A DNA stretch of 64,000 bases from an uncultured Clostridia bacterium (GCA_964543295.1 CAZIXA010000002.1:46410-110409); one strand, 5' to 3'; shown: positions 19,677 to 28,526, counted from the stretch's first letter. Numbers and translations are program-made. Notes: generated from the sequence alone by a model not told the origin.

Positions 19677-21641
19677 ATGCCAATTAGATGTTTAGAATTC
19701 CAAAGAATTTCCTGGAAGGATAGGGGAGTTGTATCCACAACGAACAGTTCTTTTTGTAAATTGAAACCTATTCCCATCAGAGCTGTACAGATGAGGGCAG
19801 GATTTTGGAAATCTCGAATGGACACGCTTGCGACAGTTATTCTAAAAAAGCAGATGCAAGAGATTCGAAAAAGTGGTGTCCTTGATAACTTTATGCGTGT
19901 TTACGGCAAATCAGATGCAGAGTTTAGGGGGTTTTACTTTGTGGACTCAGATATCTACAAATGGATAGAGGCTGCCTCCTGGGCCCTTCAGACCCAAGAT
20001 CTGCCCGAAATTGAAAAAATGATCAACGAGGCCATTGATATTATCGAGCCGGCTCAAGGTGACGATGGCTATCTTAATACTTACTTTCAAAAGGAAAGAG
20101 CTGGGAAACGTTGGACAGATTTGGAGCATATGCATGAGCTATACTGTGCCGGTCACCTGTTTCAAGCAGCCATTGCTCATCACCGTTCTACCGGCAGTGA
20201 TCGACTGCTCAATATCGCTTGCAAATATGCGGATTACATTTGTGAGGTATTTGGACCTGGGAAAAAGGAAACCCACCCGGGCCATCCAGAGATTGAGATG
20301 GGATTGATTGAACTATATCGGGAAACAGGACTAAAACGCTATCTTAATATGGCAGGTTTTTTCATCGACCACATTGGGGGCAAGGATATGCGGGAACTCC
20401 TGGGACACGCTGTACGAGCGTTATATTTCTGTTGTGGAATGACTGACTACTATGTAGAGACGGGAGACCGAGCCTATCCGAAGGCATTGGAGAGTTTATG
20501 GAAGAGTATGACAGAGACCAAGATGTACGTGACTGGAGCTGTGGGTGGTCGGGTCCACACCGAGTCCTTTGGTCGAGAATTTGAACTGCCAAACGAAAAC
20601 TGTTATGCAGAAACCTGTGCAGCCATTGCCTCAGCGTTCTGGAACTGGCGGATGCTTACCATTAATGGAGAGGCTCGTTTTGCGGATCTCGTGGAATTAA
20701 CATTGTATAACAGCATTTTCTCAGGTATCTCACTTGATGGGGAAAAATACTTTTACGTCAATCCTCATGCCAGTAGCGGTAGGTCTACGGGAGATCCATG
20801 GTACTCCTTTGATAGATCTAGTGCATCTACCCGCCAAACTTGGTTCAAATGTGCATGCTGTCCGCCGAACCTTGCACGAATATTTGCCAGTCTGTCTGGA
20901 TATTTCTATTCAACCAGTAATGAGGGTATCTGGATTCACCTCTATGACAACAATACCGTCAACTGGCGTCTACCAGACGGAACGAAGTTTGTTCTTTCTC
21001 AAAGGACTAACTATCCCTGGGATGGCAAGATTGAAATTGAGATATTCCCGGAGAAAGAAAAAGAATTCAGCCTTTTCCTTCGTATCCCGGGGTGGTGTCG
21101 AAAAGCTTCTATCATGGTGAATGATGAGTTGATATCCGGTGCCATCCAAGCTGGCAGCTATTATGAGATTAAGAGAACCTGGAGGAAGAAAAGCAAGGTC
21201 GTCCTGGATATGGCGATGCCCCCAGTTTTGATGATCTCTAATCCTATGGTGGCTGAGAATCGTTGCAGTGTTGCGCTGAAGCGCGGTCCGATTATCTATT
21301 GTTTTGAAGGAGTAGATAACCCAGGCATATTTGTCCGACAAGCTAGATTAAAGGTAGATTCTGAAAACCCTGGGAAGAACCTTAAAACCGAATTTCGTCC
21401 TGATCTACTCGGGGGTGTTATGGTAATAAGAGGGGAAGGAATGATTCCTGTGGAGAATTGGGGTCCTCTATACAGACCTTTCGAGACAAATCCCGTCAAA
21501 ACTAAACCAGTGGTTCTAAAAACAATCCCTTACTATGCTTGGGATAACCGCGGTGTCTCCGAGATGAGTATATGGATACAAATGGACAAAACTAAACTTT
21601 TATCAGAAAATGTAAAAACTAGTATAGCGTTTTCTAAATAA
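19677..21641 (+). CDS. Glycoside hydrolase family 127 (DUF1680) beta-L-arabinofuranosidase (HypBA1-like).
   Basis: The GH127 architecture and the Cys-rich zinc/catalytic motif FKCACCPPN. GGAGGAG lies upstream of ATG 19677. Confidence 0.8.
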   Translation: MPIRCLEFQRISWKDRGVVSTTNSSFCKLKPIPIRAVQMRAGFWKSRMDTLATVILKKQMQEIRKSGVLDNFMRVYGKSDAEFRGFYFVDSDIYKWIEAASWALQTQDLPEIEKMINEAIDIIEPAQGDDGYLNTYFQKERAGKRWTDLEHMHELYCAGHLFQAAIAHHRSTGSDRLLNIACKYADYICEVFGPGKKETHPGHPEIEMGLIELYRETGLKRYLNMAGFFIDHIGGKDMRELLGHAVRALYFCCGMTDYYVETGDRAYPKALESLWKSMTETKMYVTGAVGGRVHTESFGREFELPNENCYAETCAAIASAFWNWRMLTINGEARFADLVELTLYNSIFSGISLDGEKYFYVNPHASSGRSTGDPWYSFDRSSASTRQTWFKCACCPPNLARIFASLSGYFYSTSNEGIWIHLYDNNTVNWRLPDGTKFVLSQRTNYPWDGKIEIEIFPEKEKEFSLFLRIPGWCRKASIMVNDELISGAIQAGSYYEIKRTWRKKSKVVLDMAMPPVLMISNPMVAENRCSVALKRGPIIYCFEGVDNPGIFVRQARLKVDSENPGKNLKTEFRPDLLGGVMVIRGEGMIPVENWGPLYRPFETNPVKTKPVVLKTIPYYAWDNRGVSEMSIWIQMDKTKLLSENVKTSIAFSK

Positions 21642-21801
21642 CGTTACAACAATTTGTCATTGTGAGTGATAGCGAAACAATCTTAAAATCTTACCAACTG
21701 AGGGATTGCTTTGTCGCTTTGCTCCCTGGAATGACAGGATAAAATGTAAAGTTAATTGGGAAACGAACTACTAGATTAAAAAATCGATATCTTCAAGGCA
21801 T

Positions 21802-21977
21802 AGGAATTTCAATAATTTCTCTGAATCGTTATGAAGTAAACCTCGGCAGACGAGATATCAGAAAAAAGAGGGGAGCAGGCTCGACTTGCTCGAGCGAAGC
21901 GAGAGTCGGCTTCGCCGATCGAGCCATCGAGGGGGGAATTCTGAAGGAATCGGCGAAGCCCTATTTCCCCCCTCGAG
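21802..21977 (+). repeat. Structured repeat element of about 175-190 nt, copy 1 (promoter-like 5' part followed by nested GC-rich stems). The second copy is at 58802-58975.
   Basis: About 95% identity to 58802-58975. Internal inverted repeats: GCTTCGCCGAT/ATCGGCGAAGC and TCGAGGGGGGAA/TTCCCCCCTCGA. Confidence 0.7.
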
Positions 21978-22067
21978 TATCTTGTTCCAAAAGTAGAGAC
22001 ACGACTTATGGAGGGGAATATAGGTTAAGATTTGAAAAAGTACTGATAAAATGAGGGGTTTGTAATA

Positions 22068-23540
22068 ATGAATAATTACAGAATCAAAATTGATACAGAA
22101 AGACAAATTGGCAAAATAGATCTTAATATCTACGGTCACTTCATAGAACATCTAGGAAGATGTATTTATGGGGGTATTTATGAGGAGGACTCTTCTCTTT
22201 CTGATGAGAGAGGTTTCAGAAAAGATATATTGGAGGCAGCGAAAGCTATAAAATGTCCTCTTCTGAGATGGCCGGGAGGTAACTTTGCCTCCAATTATCA
22301 CTGGGAAGATGGGATTGGTCCTAAGGAGAAAAGGCCGGTGCGGTTTGATCTTGCCTGGAGTAAAGAGGAGACAAATAGATTTGGTACAGACGAGTTTATT
22401 GACTATTGTCGAGCAATAGGAGCTGAGCCTTACATTTGTGTTAACATAGGAACTGGCACTTTAGACGAAGCCATACACTGGCTGGAATACTGCAATGGCA
22501 GTGGGAATACTTATTATGCGAAATTAAGAGAAAAAAATGGCCATCTAGAACCTTACCGGGTTAAATACTGGGGGATAGGGAACGAGAACTATGGGGAATG
22601 GCAAGTAGGATACAGATCAGCAAAGGAGTATGCGAAGGTTTTACGAGAATATGCCAAGTTTATGAAAGTGGTTGATCCCAACATAAAAGTCGTGGCTGTG
22701 GGGGCTGATAATCCTGATTGGGATCTTGAAGTAACCAAAACCGCCGGAAAATATATAGACTATATTTCCAATCACCAGTATGTGGGCTCCGGCGACTATT
22801 ATGAAACAGTAGCTTCCATTTACTGGATTGAGAAGAGGCTAAAAATTCTAAAGAGTACGATAGAAATAGCTCAACCTTTAGCAAAAGAGGAAGAAAGAGT
22901 AAAAATCGCTTTTGATGAGTGGAATATTTGGTACAGAAGTACGCCAGAAAATGGCAATGAAGAAAATTATGCTCTGAAGGATGGACTATTCGCCGCTGGA
23001 GTGTTTATTATCTTGCATAAGCTATGTCGGAGCGTGACCCTGGCCAACCTGGCTCAACTGGTAAATGTACTGGGAGCTATCCACACGGAAAGGCATGGTC
23101 TTTACCTTACTTCAATTTATAGAGCTTTTGAGCTTTTTGTTAACCACACGGGAGAAATAGCACTAGATACTTTAGTTAATTCAGAAACTTACGATATTGT
23201 AGGGAAGGCGCATTTCGGTCGCAGAGGGTTCAAGCTAACCAATGTTCCCTATTTGGATGCCTCTGTAACCCTAAGCAGACACAAAGATAAGTTATATATT
23301 GTCACAGTTAATTATCATCGGGAGAAAGACATAGAGTGCCCTATATCCTTGGAAGGTTTTTCCTTTAAGGAAGAAGCAAAAGTCTATGAGCTTAACGGTC
23401 CCGATGTGATGGCGGTAAATGATTTTGATAACCCACAGAGAATCAGGATAAAAGATAAGACAATCAAAAAAGTCAGTCCTAGATTTAGTTATGTTTTTCC
23501 TGCCCATTCAGCCACGGTAATAGAATTCAAAGTGGGTTGA
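22068..23540 (+). CDS. Glycoside hydrolase family 51 alpha-L-arabinofuranosidase (AbfA-like).
   Basis: GH51 catalytic-region motifs (WGIGNENYG acid/base region, FDEWNIW nucleophile region). Length is 490 aa. Confidence 0.85.
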   Translation: MNNYRIKIDTERQIGKIDLNIYGHFIEHLGRCIYGGIYEEDSSLSDERGFRKDILEAAKAIKCPLLRWPGGNFASNYHWEDGIGPKEKRPVRFDLAWSKEETNRFGTDEFIDYCRAIGAEPYICVNIGTGTLDEAIHWLEYCNGSGNTYYAKLREKNGHLEPYRVKYWGIGNENYGEWQVGYRSAKEYAKVLREYAKFMKVVDPNIKVVAVGADNPDWDLEVTKTAGKYIDYISNHQYVGSGDYYETVASIYWIEKRLKILKSTIEIAQPLAKEEERVKIAFDEWNIWYRSTPENGNEENYALKDGLFAAGVFIILHKLCRSVTLANLAQLVNVLGAIHTERHGLYLTSIYRAFELFVNHTGEIALDTLVNSETYDIVGKAHFGRRGFKLTNVPYLDASVTLSRHKDKLYIVTVNYHREKDIECPISLEGFSFKEEAKVYELNGPDVMAVNDFDNPQRIRIKDKTIKKVSPRFSYVFPAHSATVIEFKVG

Positions 23541-23553
23541 CACTCCCCACAGA

Positions 23554-23577
23554 AAAAGGGGACGTGATTATTTTTTA
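23554..23577 (+). repeat. REP element (AAAAAGGGGACGTGATTATTTTTT), forward orientation.
   Basis: Exact 22-24 nt motif shared with 10741, 27733, 33652 (forward) and 28486, 33745 (reverse). Confidence 0.75.
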
Positions 23578-23743
23578 CCAGGGAAAAAATGGCTAAAATT
23601 CGTCTTTTGCTCTTAACCTTTTGGAGGGAACTTTCTGGCAGATTTTACTTCTTATGAGTCTATTTTAAATAAAAACAGTGGAGTGTCAAATAAAAAAAGT
23701 TGTTCGATGTTTAAATCCTGGATTTAAGTATTCTTGACATTTT

Positions 23744-24088
23744 CTATTCCAAACCCAGAATCACTTTTAATGTCACTCCCACCTTCAGGAGATTTTCTTC
23801 GCCAATATTTCCAAGCTTTCTTACCAACCTTTTTCTATCGATTACTCTTATCTGCTCACATAGGAGTACAGAATCTTTTGTCAATCCTCCAATGCCAGCA
23901 GCGATTTTAACGTGAGAAGGCAAAATAGGTTCTCTTATCTTAGTGATGAAAGTGATTATAATTGTACGAGGACTTTTCTCATTCGCTCTTTCTATCTGAA
24001 TAATCAGAGCCGGCCTTATACCTCACTGATCTGTGCCTACAACTGGACTTAAGTCCAGTAGAAACACATCTCCCCTTTTTATTTCCAC
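23744..24088 (-). pseudogene. MazF/PemK/EndoA-family mRNA-interferase toxin gene with an in-frame TGA (minus-strand codon 22, plus-strand 24023-24025) where the family has Gly (EQ-G-G).
   Basis: Translation is (GTG)MEIKRGDVFLLDLSPVVGTDQ*GIRPALIIQIERANEKSPRTIIITFITKIREPILPSHVKIAAGIGGLTKDSVLLCEQIRVIDRKRLVRKLGNIGEENLLKVGVTLKVILGLE. It is collinear with Bacillus EndoA. The GTG start overlaps the antitoxin 3' end. Confidence 0.75.
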
Positions 24089-24282
24089 TTTATCTTCCCT
24101 TTAGCCAGCATTTCCTCATAAACTACAAGCTCAGAGGGATAATCACTCGTATCTGATTCTATTAGACTGCTTGTTTCCTTTTCTATCTGCTCCTCTTTTG
24201 CTAGCCGATGGTAAGCTTCCCTTATCTGCTGGGGAGTCAAATATACAGTTACCGGAATCATTTTTTTCTTTTGTTCAAGCAT
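24079..24282 (-). CDS. Putative antitoxin of the MazE/EndoAI type (67 aa), cognate to the downstream MazF-like toxin.
   Basis: AGGAGG lies 8 nt upstream of ATG. The 3' end overlaps the toxin GTG start. It is a small protein with an acidic C-terminus. Confidence 0.6.
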   Translation of the reverse strand: MLEQKKKMIPVTVYLTPQQIREAYHRLAKEEQIEKETSSLIESDTSDYPSELVVYEEMLAKGKIKWK

Positions 24283-24336
24283 AACTTATTACCTCCTAAT
24301 TTTTAATGAGACTATCGGTATCTACAACATAAGTAG

Positions 24337-24360
24337 AAAATGGGGACGGGATTATTTTTT
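24337..24360 (+). repeat. Degenerate REP element (AAAATGGGGACGGGATTATTTTTT).
   Basis: 20 of 24 nt match the REP consensus. Together with the REP at 23554 it brackets the toxin-antitoxin cassette. Confidence 0.55.
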
Positions 24361-24510
24361 GTTGAGGTGTCTTGAGCAGGGAGACTTATAGATACCAAAA
24401 AGGATCTTTCGTAAGACCAATGAAGGAGAAAAGATAGTAATCTTTTTCATCTATGCTTAACACTCCTATCTCTAAGAAAAAAGGAAACAAAGAGAAAGAA
24501 AAAGCAAGAT

Positions 24511-25014
24511 TTATTGGCTTAGTTTGAAGGCTAAATCCACTGCCTCTTTTGCCGAGTCAACAATGTGAGGTCTTAGATTAAAATTTTTTAATAGAGTTTC
24601 GTCGCTCAGGATATCCATCCAGCCGCCGCTTCCACGTATGAGGATGGTTGGCTTGCCAATATTTAAGGAGTAGGATATCTCATTAAGGGTACCCCACCTC
24701 CCCGCTATTCCAATTACCGCATCAGCGCTATTTACGAGGATATAGTTTCTGGCATAACCAAGGTGGGTAGCGATAGCGACATCGATAAATCTATTGGCCT
24801 TCTCCTTGGCCCCAGGAAGAATTCCGATGGTCAGCCCCCTCCCTTTTTTTGCTCCCTTTGCTGCTTGTTCCATAACTCCACCCTTTCCTCCACAAATTAA
24901 AACTCCATCCCTTTGAGCAATATAGTATCCTACTTCCTCGGCAGTTTTTAATGTAGCCGAAGAAAGTTCCTTATCAGTACTATCGCTTCCACAGACACCT
25001 ATTAACTTTCTCAT
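24511..25014 (-). CDS. LOG-family / TIGR00725-like Rossmann-fold protein (putative nucleotide-binding, lysine-decarboxylase-like).
   Basis: Motifs GGKGGVMEQAAKGAKKG, GILPG and the PGGxGTxxE-like segment GRWGTLNEI. It overlaps the valS stop by 4 nt. Confidence 0.6.
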   Translation of the reverse strand: MRKLIGVCGSDSTDKELSSATLKTAEEVGYYIAQRDGVLICGGKGGVMEQAAKGAKKGRGLTIGILPGAKEKANRFIDVAIATHLGYARNYILVNSADAVIGIAGRWGTLNEISYSLNIGKPTILIRGSGGWMDILSDETLLKNFNLRPHIVDSAKEAVDLAFKLSQ

Positions 25015-27716
25015 ATCTTCTGGACCTCTCTCAACATCCTTTTTAGTTTCCCGGCTCTCGACCGAAGACTACTGCTTTTCTCTTTTTCCTTTCTTACAAT
25101 CTCTGAGGGAGCTTTTCTTATAAAATCTTTGCTTAAGAGTTTCTTTTGCAGGTTTTTTAGTTCTTTTTCTATTGTTTCTAAGTTTTCCTTCAGCCTCCTT
25201 CTTTCTTTATCAAAGTCCATCTGTGGTTTTAGGGGAATGAAAATGTCTATATCATCCACTAAAGAGGAAATAGAACCAGTTGGTTTGGCTATTTTCTCGC
25301 CTATTATCAGCTTCTCTGTTCTTACCAAATTGGCGATATAGGATCTATTTTCACGCAGGAGGTTCAGTTTTTCTTCATTGGGTGATTTAAGGTAAAGATC
25401 TATTTTTTTTGGGGGGGCAATTCCCATCTCTGACCTCACATTACGCGCCTCCTGAATAACTTGCATTAAAAGGTTCATTTTTTCCTCTACCTTTGGCTCA
25501 GCTTTTTTTTCAGCCACTGGCCAGTTGGATATAGTGATGCTCTCCTCGTGAGTGGAAAGACGCTGATAAATCTCCCCAGTGATAAAAGGCATAAAAGGAT
25601 GGAGCAGTTTCAAGGTTCCCTCCAGGACATAATGGAGGATCCACTGGGCTGTGTAGCGGGAAGATTCCCCTTCCTCTCCCAGTAAACGGGACTTTACCAG
25701 CTCTATATACCAATCGCAGAATTCTCCCCAGAGAAACTGATAAATAGAGTTCGCCGCCTCGGAAAATCTATAATGGTCTAAATGCTTGGTCACGCGGTTA
25801 ACCAGAGAAAAGAAACGCCCCAAAATCCATCTATCGCAAAGCTCTGGCGATTTAAGATCATCTACTGTTCCTCCCGGCCTAAAATCGGTAAGATTCATCA
25901 AGGTAAATCTGGAGGCATTCCAGATCTTATTGGCGAAGTTTCGGTACCCTCGCAGTCTATTTTCAGAGAAGCGAAGATAAGGAGAATCTGTCTTTGGGGC
26001 TACCAGGGAGAATCTAAAGGCATCGGTTCCATATTTTTCCATCATCCGCAAAGGGTCCACCACATTTCCCTTAGATTTACTCATTTTTTCTCCTTTCTCA
26101 TCGCCGATTAGAGGATGGATGTAAACCTGGCGAAAGGGGATCTGATGAGTAAATTTAAGGCCCATCATTACCATACGAGAGACCCAGAAAAATAAAATGT
26201 CCCAGGCTGTACAGAGAAGGGAAGTAGGATAGAATTTCTTCAGCTTCTCTTTCTTTTCGGGCCAGCCTAGAGTAGAAAATGGCCAGAGACTAGAGGAAAA
26301 CCAGGTATCAAGGACATCCGGGTCTTGTTCCAAGTCTCTTGAGCTACAACCATCACATTGGGTTGGCTTTCTTGTGGCTACTATCATCTTTCCACAGCTC
26401 TGGCAGTGCCAGACTGGAAGTCGGTGTCCCCACCAAATCTGACGAGATACGCACCAGTCATGAATGTTTTCCAGCCACTGAAAGTAGCCCTTTTTCCAAA
26501 AGGAAGGGATGAATTCAATCTTTTTTTCCTTAACTGCTTTCACTGCCTCCCTGGCCAATTTTTCCATCTTTACGAACCATTGAGGAGAAAGATAAGGTTC
26601 AACTTCTGTCCTGCAGCGATAGCAGTGGCCAATTCTGTAAGGGTAGTCCTCGATTTTTTCCAGGCATCCTCTTCTCTTGAGGTCCTCTAGAATTTTTCTG
26701 CGACACTCGAATCTATCTAAGCCCTGGTAAGAGTCTCCATTTTTATTTATGGTACCGTCTTTATTTAAAACGTTAATAACAGGAAGATTATGTCTTTTAC
26801 CGATGAGAAAGTCATTGGGATCATGAGCAGGGGTAACCTTAAGAATGCCGGTGCCAAACTTAGGGTCAACATATTCGTCATAGACGAGAGGGAGCTCACG
26901 GCCTAAAAGAGGAAGGCTAAGTTTCCTCCCTTTAAGATTTTTATATCTTTCATCTTTCGGATTGGCTGCCACAGCAGTATCTCCTAGCATAGTCTCGGGC
27001 CTGGTGGTGGCAACGACTAGATGAATCTTTTTTGCATCTAGTTTATTTTTAAAGGGATATCTTATATAGTAGAGTTTTCCTTGCTTTTCTTCATATTCCA
27101 CCTCGATGTCTGAGAGGGCTGTCTCGCAGCGAGGACACCAGTTAATGATATAATCACCCCTATAAATATATCCTTCTTTATAGAGGCGAACGAATACCTC
27201 CTCTACCGCTTGGCAATGGGATTTATCCATGGTGAAGGATTTATCCTGCCAACTGCAGGAGACACCTAATTTTCTAAGCTGGGAGAAAATTCTTTCTCCA
27301 TATTTTTCTTTCCATTGCCAAACCCGCTGTAGGAATTTTTCTCTGCCTAATATTTGTCTACTTAGTCCTTCTTCAGCCAGACTTTTTTCCACCACATTCT
27401 GGGTAGCAATGCCGGCGTGGTCAATGCCTGGAACCCATAGCACCTCGTATCCCTGCATTCTCTTGAAGCGAGCCACAATATCTTGCAGAGTGTTGTTGAA
27501 AGCATGACCCATATGTAGGGCGCCAGTGATATTAGGAGGAGGCATTACCATGGAGAAGGCGGTTTTCTTTTTACCCGGATGGGGAGAAAAATAGTTATTT
27601 CTTTCCCAGAAATCTGCCCATTTTTTTTCTATTTCTTGAGGCTCATATCTTTTCTTCATTTTTTCCAGTGGCTTCATCCTCCCAGGCATCTTAATAAGAA
27701 GGAGAGCGATTGTCAA
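25011..27716 (-). CDS. valS: Valine--tRNA ligase.
   Basis: HIGH motif (PNITGALHMGHAF), KMSKS (KMSKSKGN), a C-terminal coiled-coil, 901 aa. The exact start codon is uncertain (candidate ATGs at 27716, 27689 and 27671). Confidence 0.9.
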   Translation of the reverse strand: MTIALLLIKMPGRMKPLEKMKKRYEPQEIEKKWADFWERNNYFSPHPGKKKTAFSMVMPPPNITGALHMGHAFNNTLQDIVARFKRMQGYEVLWVPGIDHAGIATQNVVEKSLAEEGLSRQILGREKFLQRVWQWKEKYGERIFSQLRKLGVSCSWQDKSFTMDKSHCQAVEEVFVRLYKEGYIYRGDYIINWCPRCETALSDIEVEYEEKQGKLYYIRYPFKNKLDAKKIHLVVATTRPETMLGDTAVAANPKDERYKNLKGRKLSLPLLGRELPLVYDEYVDPKFGTGILKVTPAHDPNDFLIGKRHNLPVINVLNKDGTINKNGDSYQGLDRFECRRKILEDLKRRGCLEKIEDYPYRIGHCYRCRTEVEPYLSPQWFVKMEKLAREAVKAVKEKKIEFIPSFWKKGYFQWLENIHDWCVSRQIWWGHRLPVWHCQSCGKMIVATRKPTQCDGCSSRDLEQDPDVLDTWFSSSLWPFSTLGWPEKKEKLKKFYPTSLLCTAWDILFFWVSRMVMMGLKFTHQIPFRQVYIHPLIGDEKGEKMSKSKGNVVDPLRMMEKYGTDAFRFSLVAPKTDSPYLRFSENRLRGYRNFANKIWNASRFTLMNLTDFRPGGTVDDLKSPELCDRWILGRFFSLVNRVTKHLDHYRFSEAANSIYQFLWGEFCDWYIELVKSRLLGEEGESSRYTAQWILHYVLEGTLKLLHPFMPFITGEIYQRLSTHEESITISNWPVAEKKAEPKVEEKMNLLMQVIQEARNVRSEMGIAPPKKIDLYLKSPNEEKLNLLRENRSYIANLVRTEKLIIGEKIAKPTGSISSLVDDIDIFIPLKPQMDFDKERRRLKENLETIEKELKNLQKKLLSKDFIRKAPSEIVRKEKEKSSSLRSRAGKLKRMLREVQKI

Positions 27717-27732
27717 GTTAAAAAAAGGGGAT

Positions 27733-27758
27733 AAAAAAAGGGGACGTGATTAATTTTC
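27733..27758 (+). repeat. REP element, forward, preceded by a partial copy, 49 bp upstream of the RAYT gene.
   Basis: AAAAAAAGGGGACGTGATTAATTTTC, followed by TTGACT-N16-TAAGAT, a promoter-like sequence. Confidence 0.75.
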
Positions 27759-27806
27759 TTGACTTCTTGGATTTTATTAGTAAGATGAAATAGAAAGGAG
27801 AATTAA

Positions 27807-28496
27807 ATGCCTAGACAGGCTCGTGTTGTTATTGCCAACATACCCTATCACATAATTCACCGGGGGAATAACAGACAGGCCATATTTTTTGGTGAGAATG
27901 ATTATAAATTCTTTCTTGAAGCAATGAAAGAAGCCAAAGAAAAGCATCCTAATAAAGTCTATGCCTATGTGTTAATGAGCAATCATGTCCATCTTTTGTT
28001 AGAGCCAAAGAAAAGAGAGAATCTTCATCAATTCATAAAACTTCTTGCTGCAAAATATACCGGCTATGTTAATAGGATTTATCAGAGGACAGGAGTACTT
28101 TGGGAGGGCCGATTTAGAAGCTCTCCGGTGGGAGGCGAAAGATATTTTTTAGCCTGTCTGCGTTACATCGAGATGAATCCTTTGCGGGCAGGGATGGCTA
28201 AGGAGTTAGAAGAATACCCCTGGAGTAGTTACAGATTCCGAGCCCACGGAGAGAACAGCAAGATTTTAGATTACGATGTGTGGTATGAAGCATTGGCAGA
28301 GGAGGCATTAGTCAGGCAGAAAAGGTATAGAAAATTCTTCCAGGAGACAGTTCTGGAAAGTGAATGGAAGTTAATCAGAGAAATGGCCAACAGGGGAGGA
28401 ATAACAGGGAGTCAAAAATTCTCAGAAAAGATTGAGAAGATTTTGGGCAGGAAGATTATATTGAGACCAATAGGAAGACCTAAGATAAAAAAATAA
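27807..28496 (+). mobile_element. REP-associated tyrosine transposase (RAYT; IS200/IS605-like Y1 HUH transposase, TnpA_REP).
   Basis: The HUH motif SNHVHLL and the catalytic Tyr region (YTGYVNRIYQRTGVLWEGRF). The gene is flanked by REP copies in inverted orientation, at 27733 (forward) and 28486 (reverse). Confidence 0.8.
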
Positions 28497-28512
28497 TCAC
28501 GTCCCCTTTTTT
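28486..28512 (-). repeat. REP element in reverse orientation, overlapping the RAYT stop codon.
   Basis: AAAAAAATAATCACGTCCCCTTTTTTT is the reverse complement of the REP consensus. Confidence 0.75.
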
Positions 28513-28526
28513 TACAAGAGAAGAAA

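Noticed and set aside
23771-24025. Reading the toxin in-frame TGA as a recoded Gly (genetic code 25) or as selenocysteine.
   Set aside because: Several flanking genes end in TGA (positions 535 and 23540; ATGA-coupled stops at 41448 and 41552), and no other gene in 64 kb has an internal TGA. No SECIS-like context is evident. A nonsense mutation or a sequencing error is more parsimonious.
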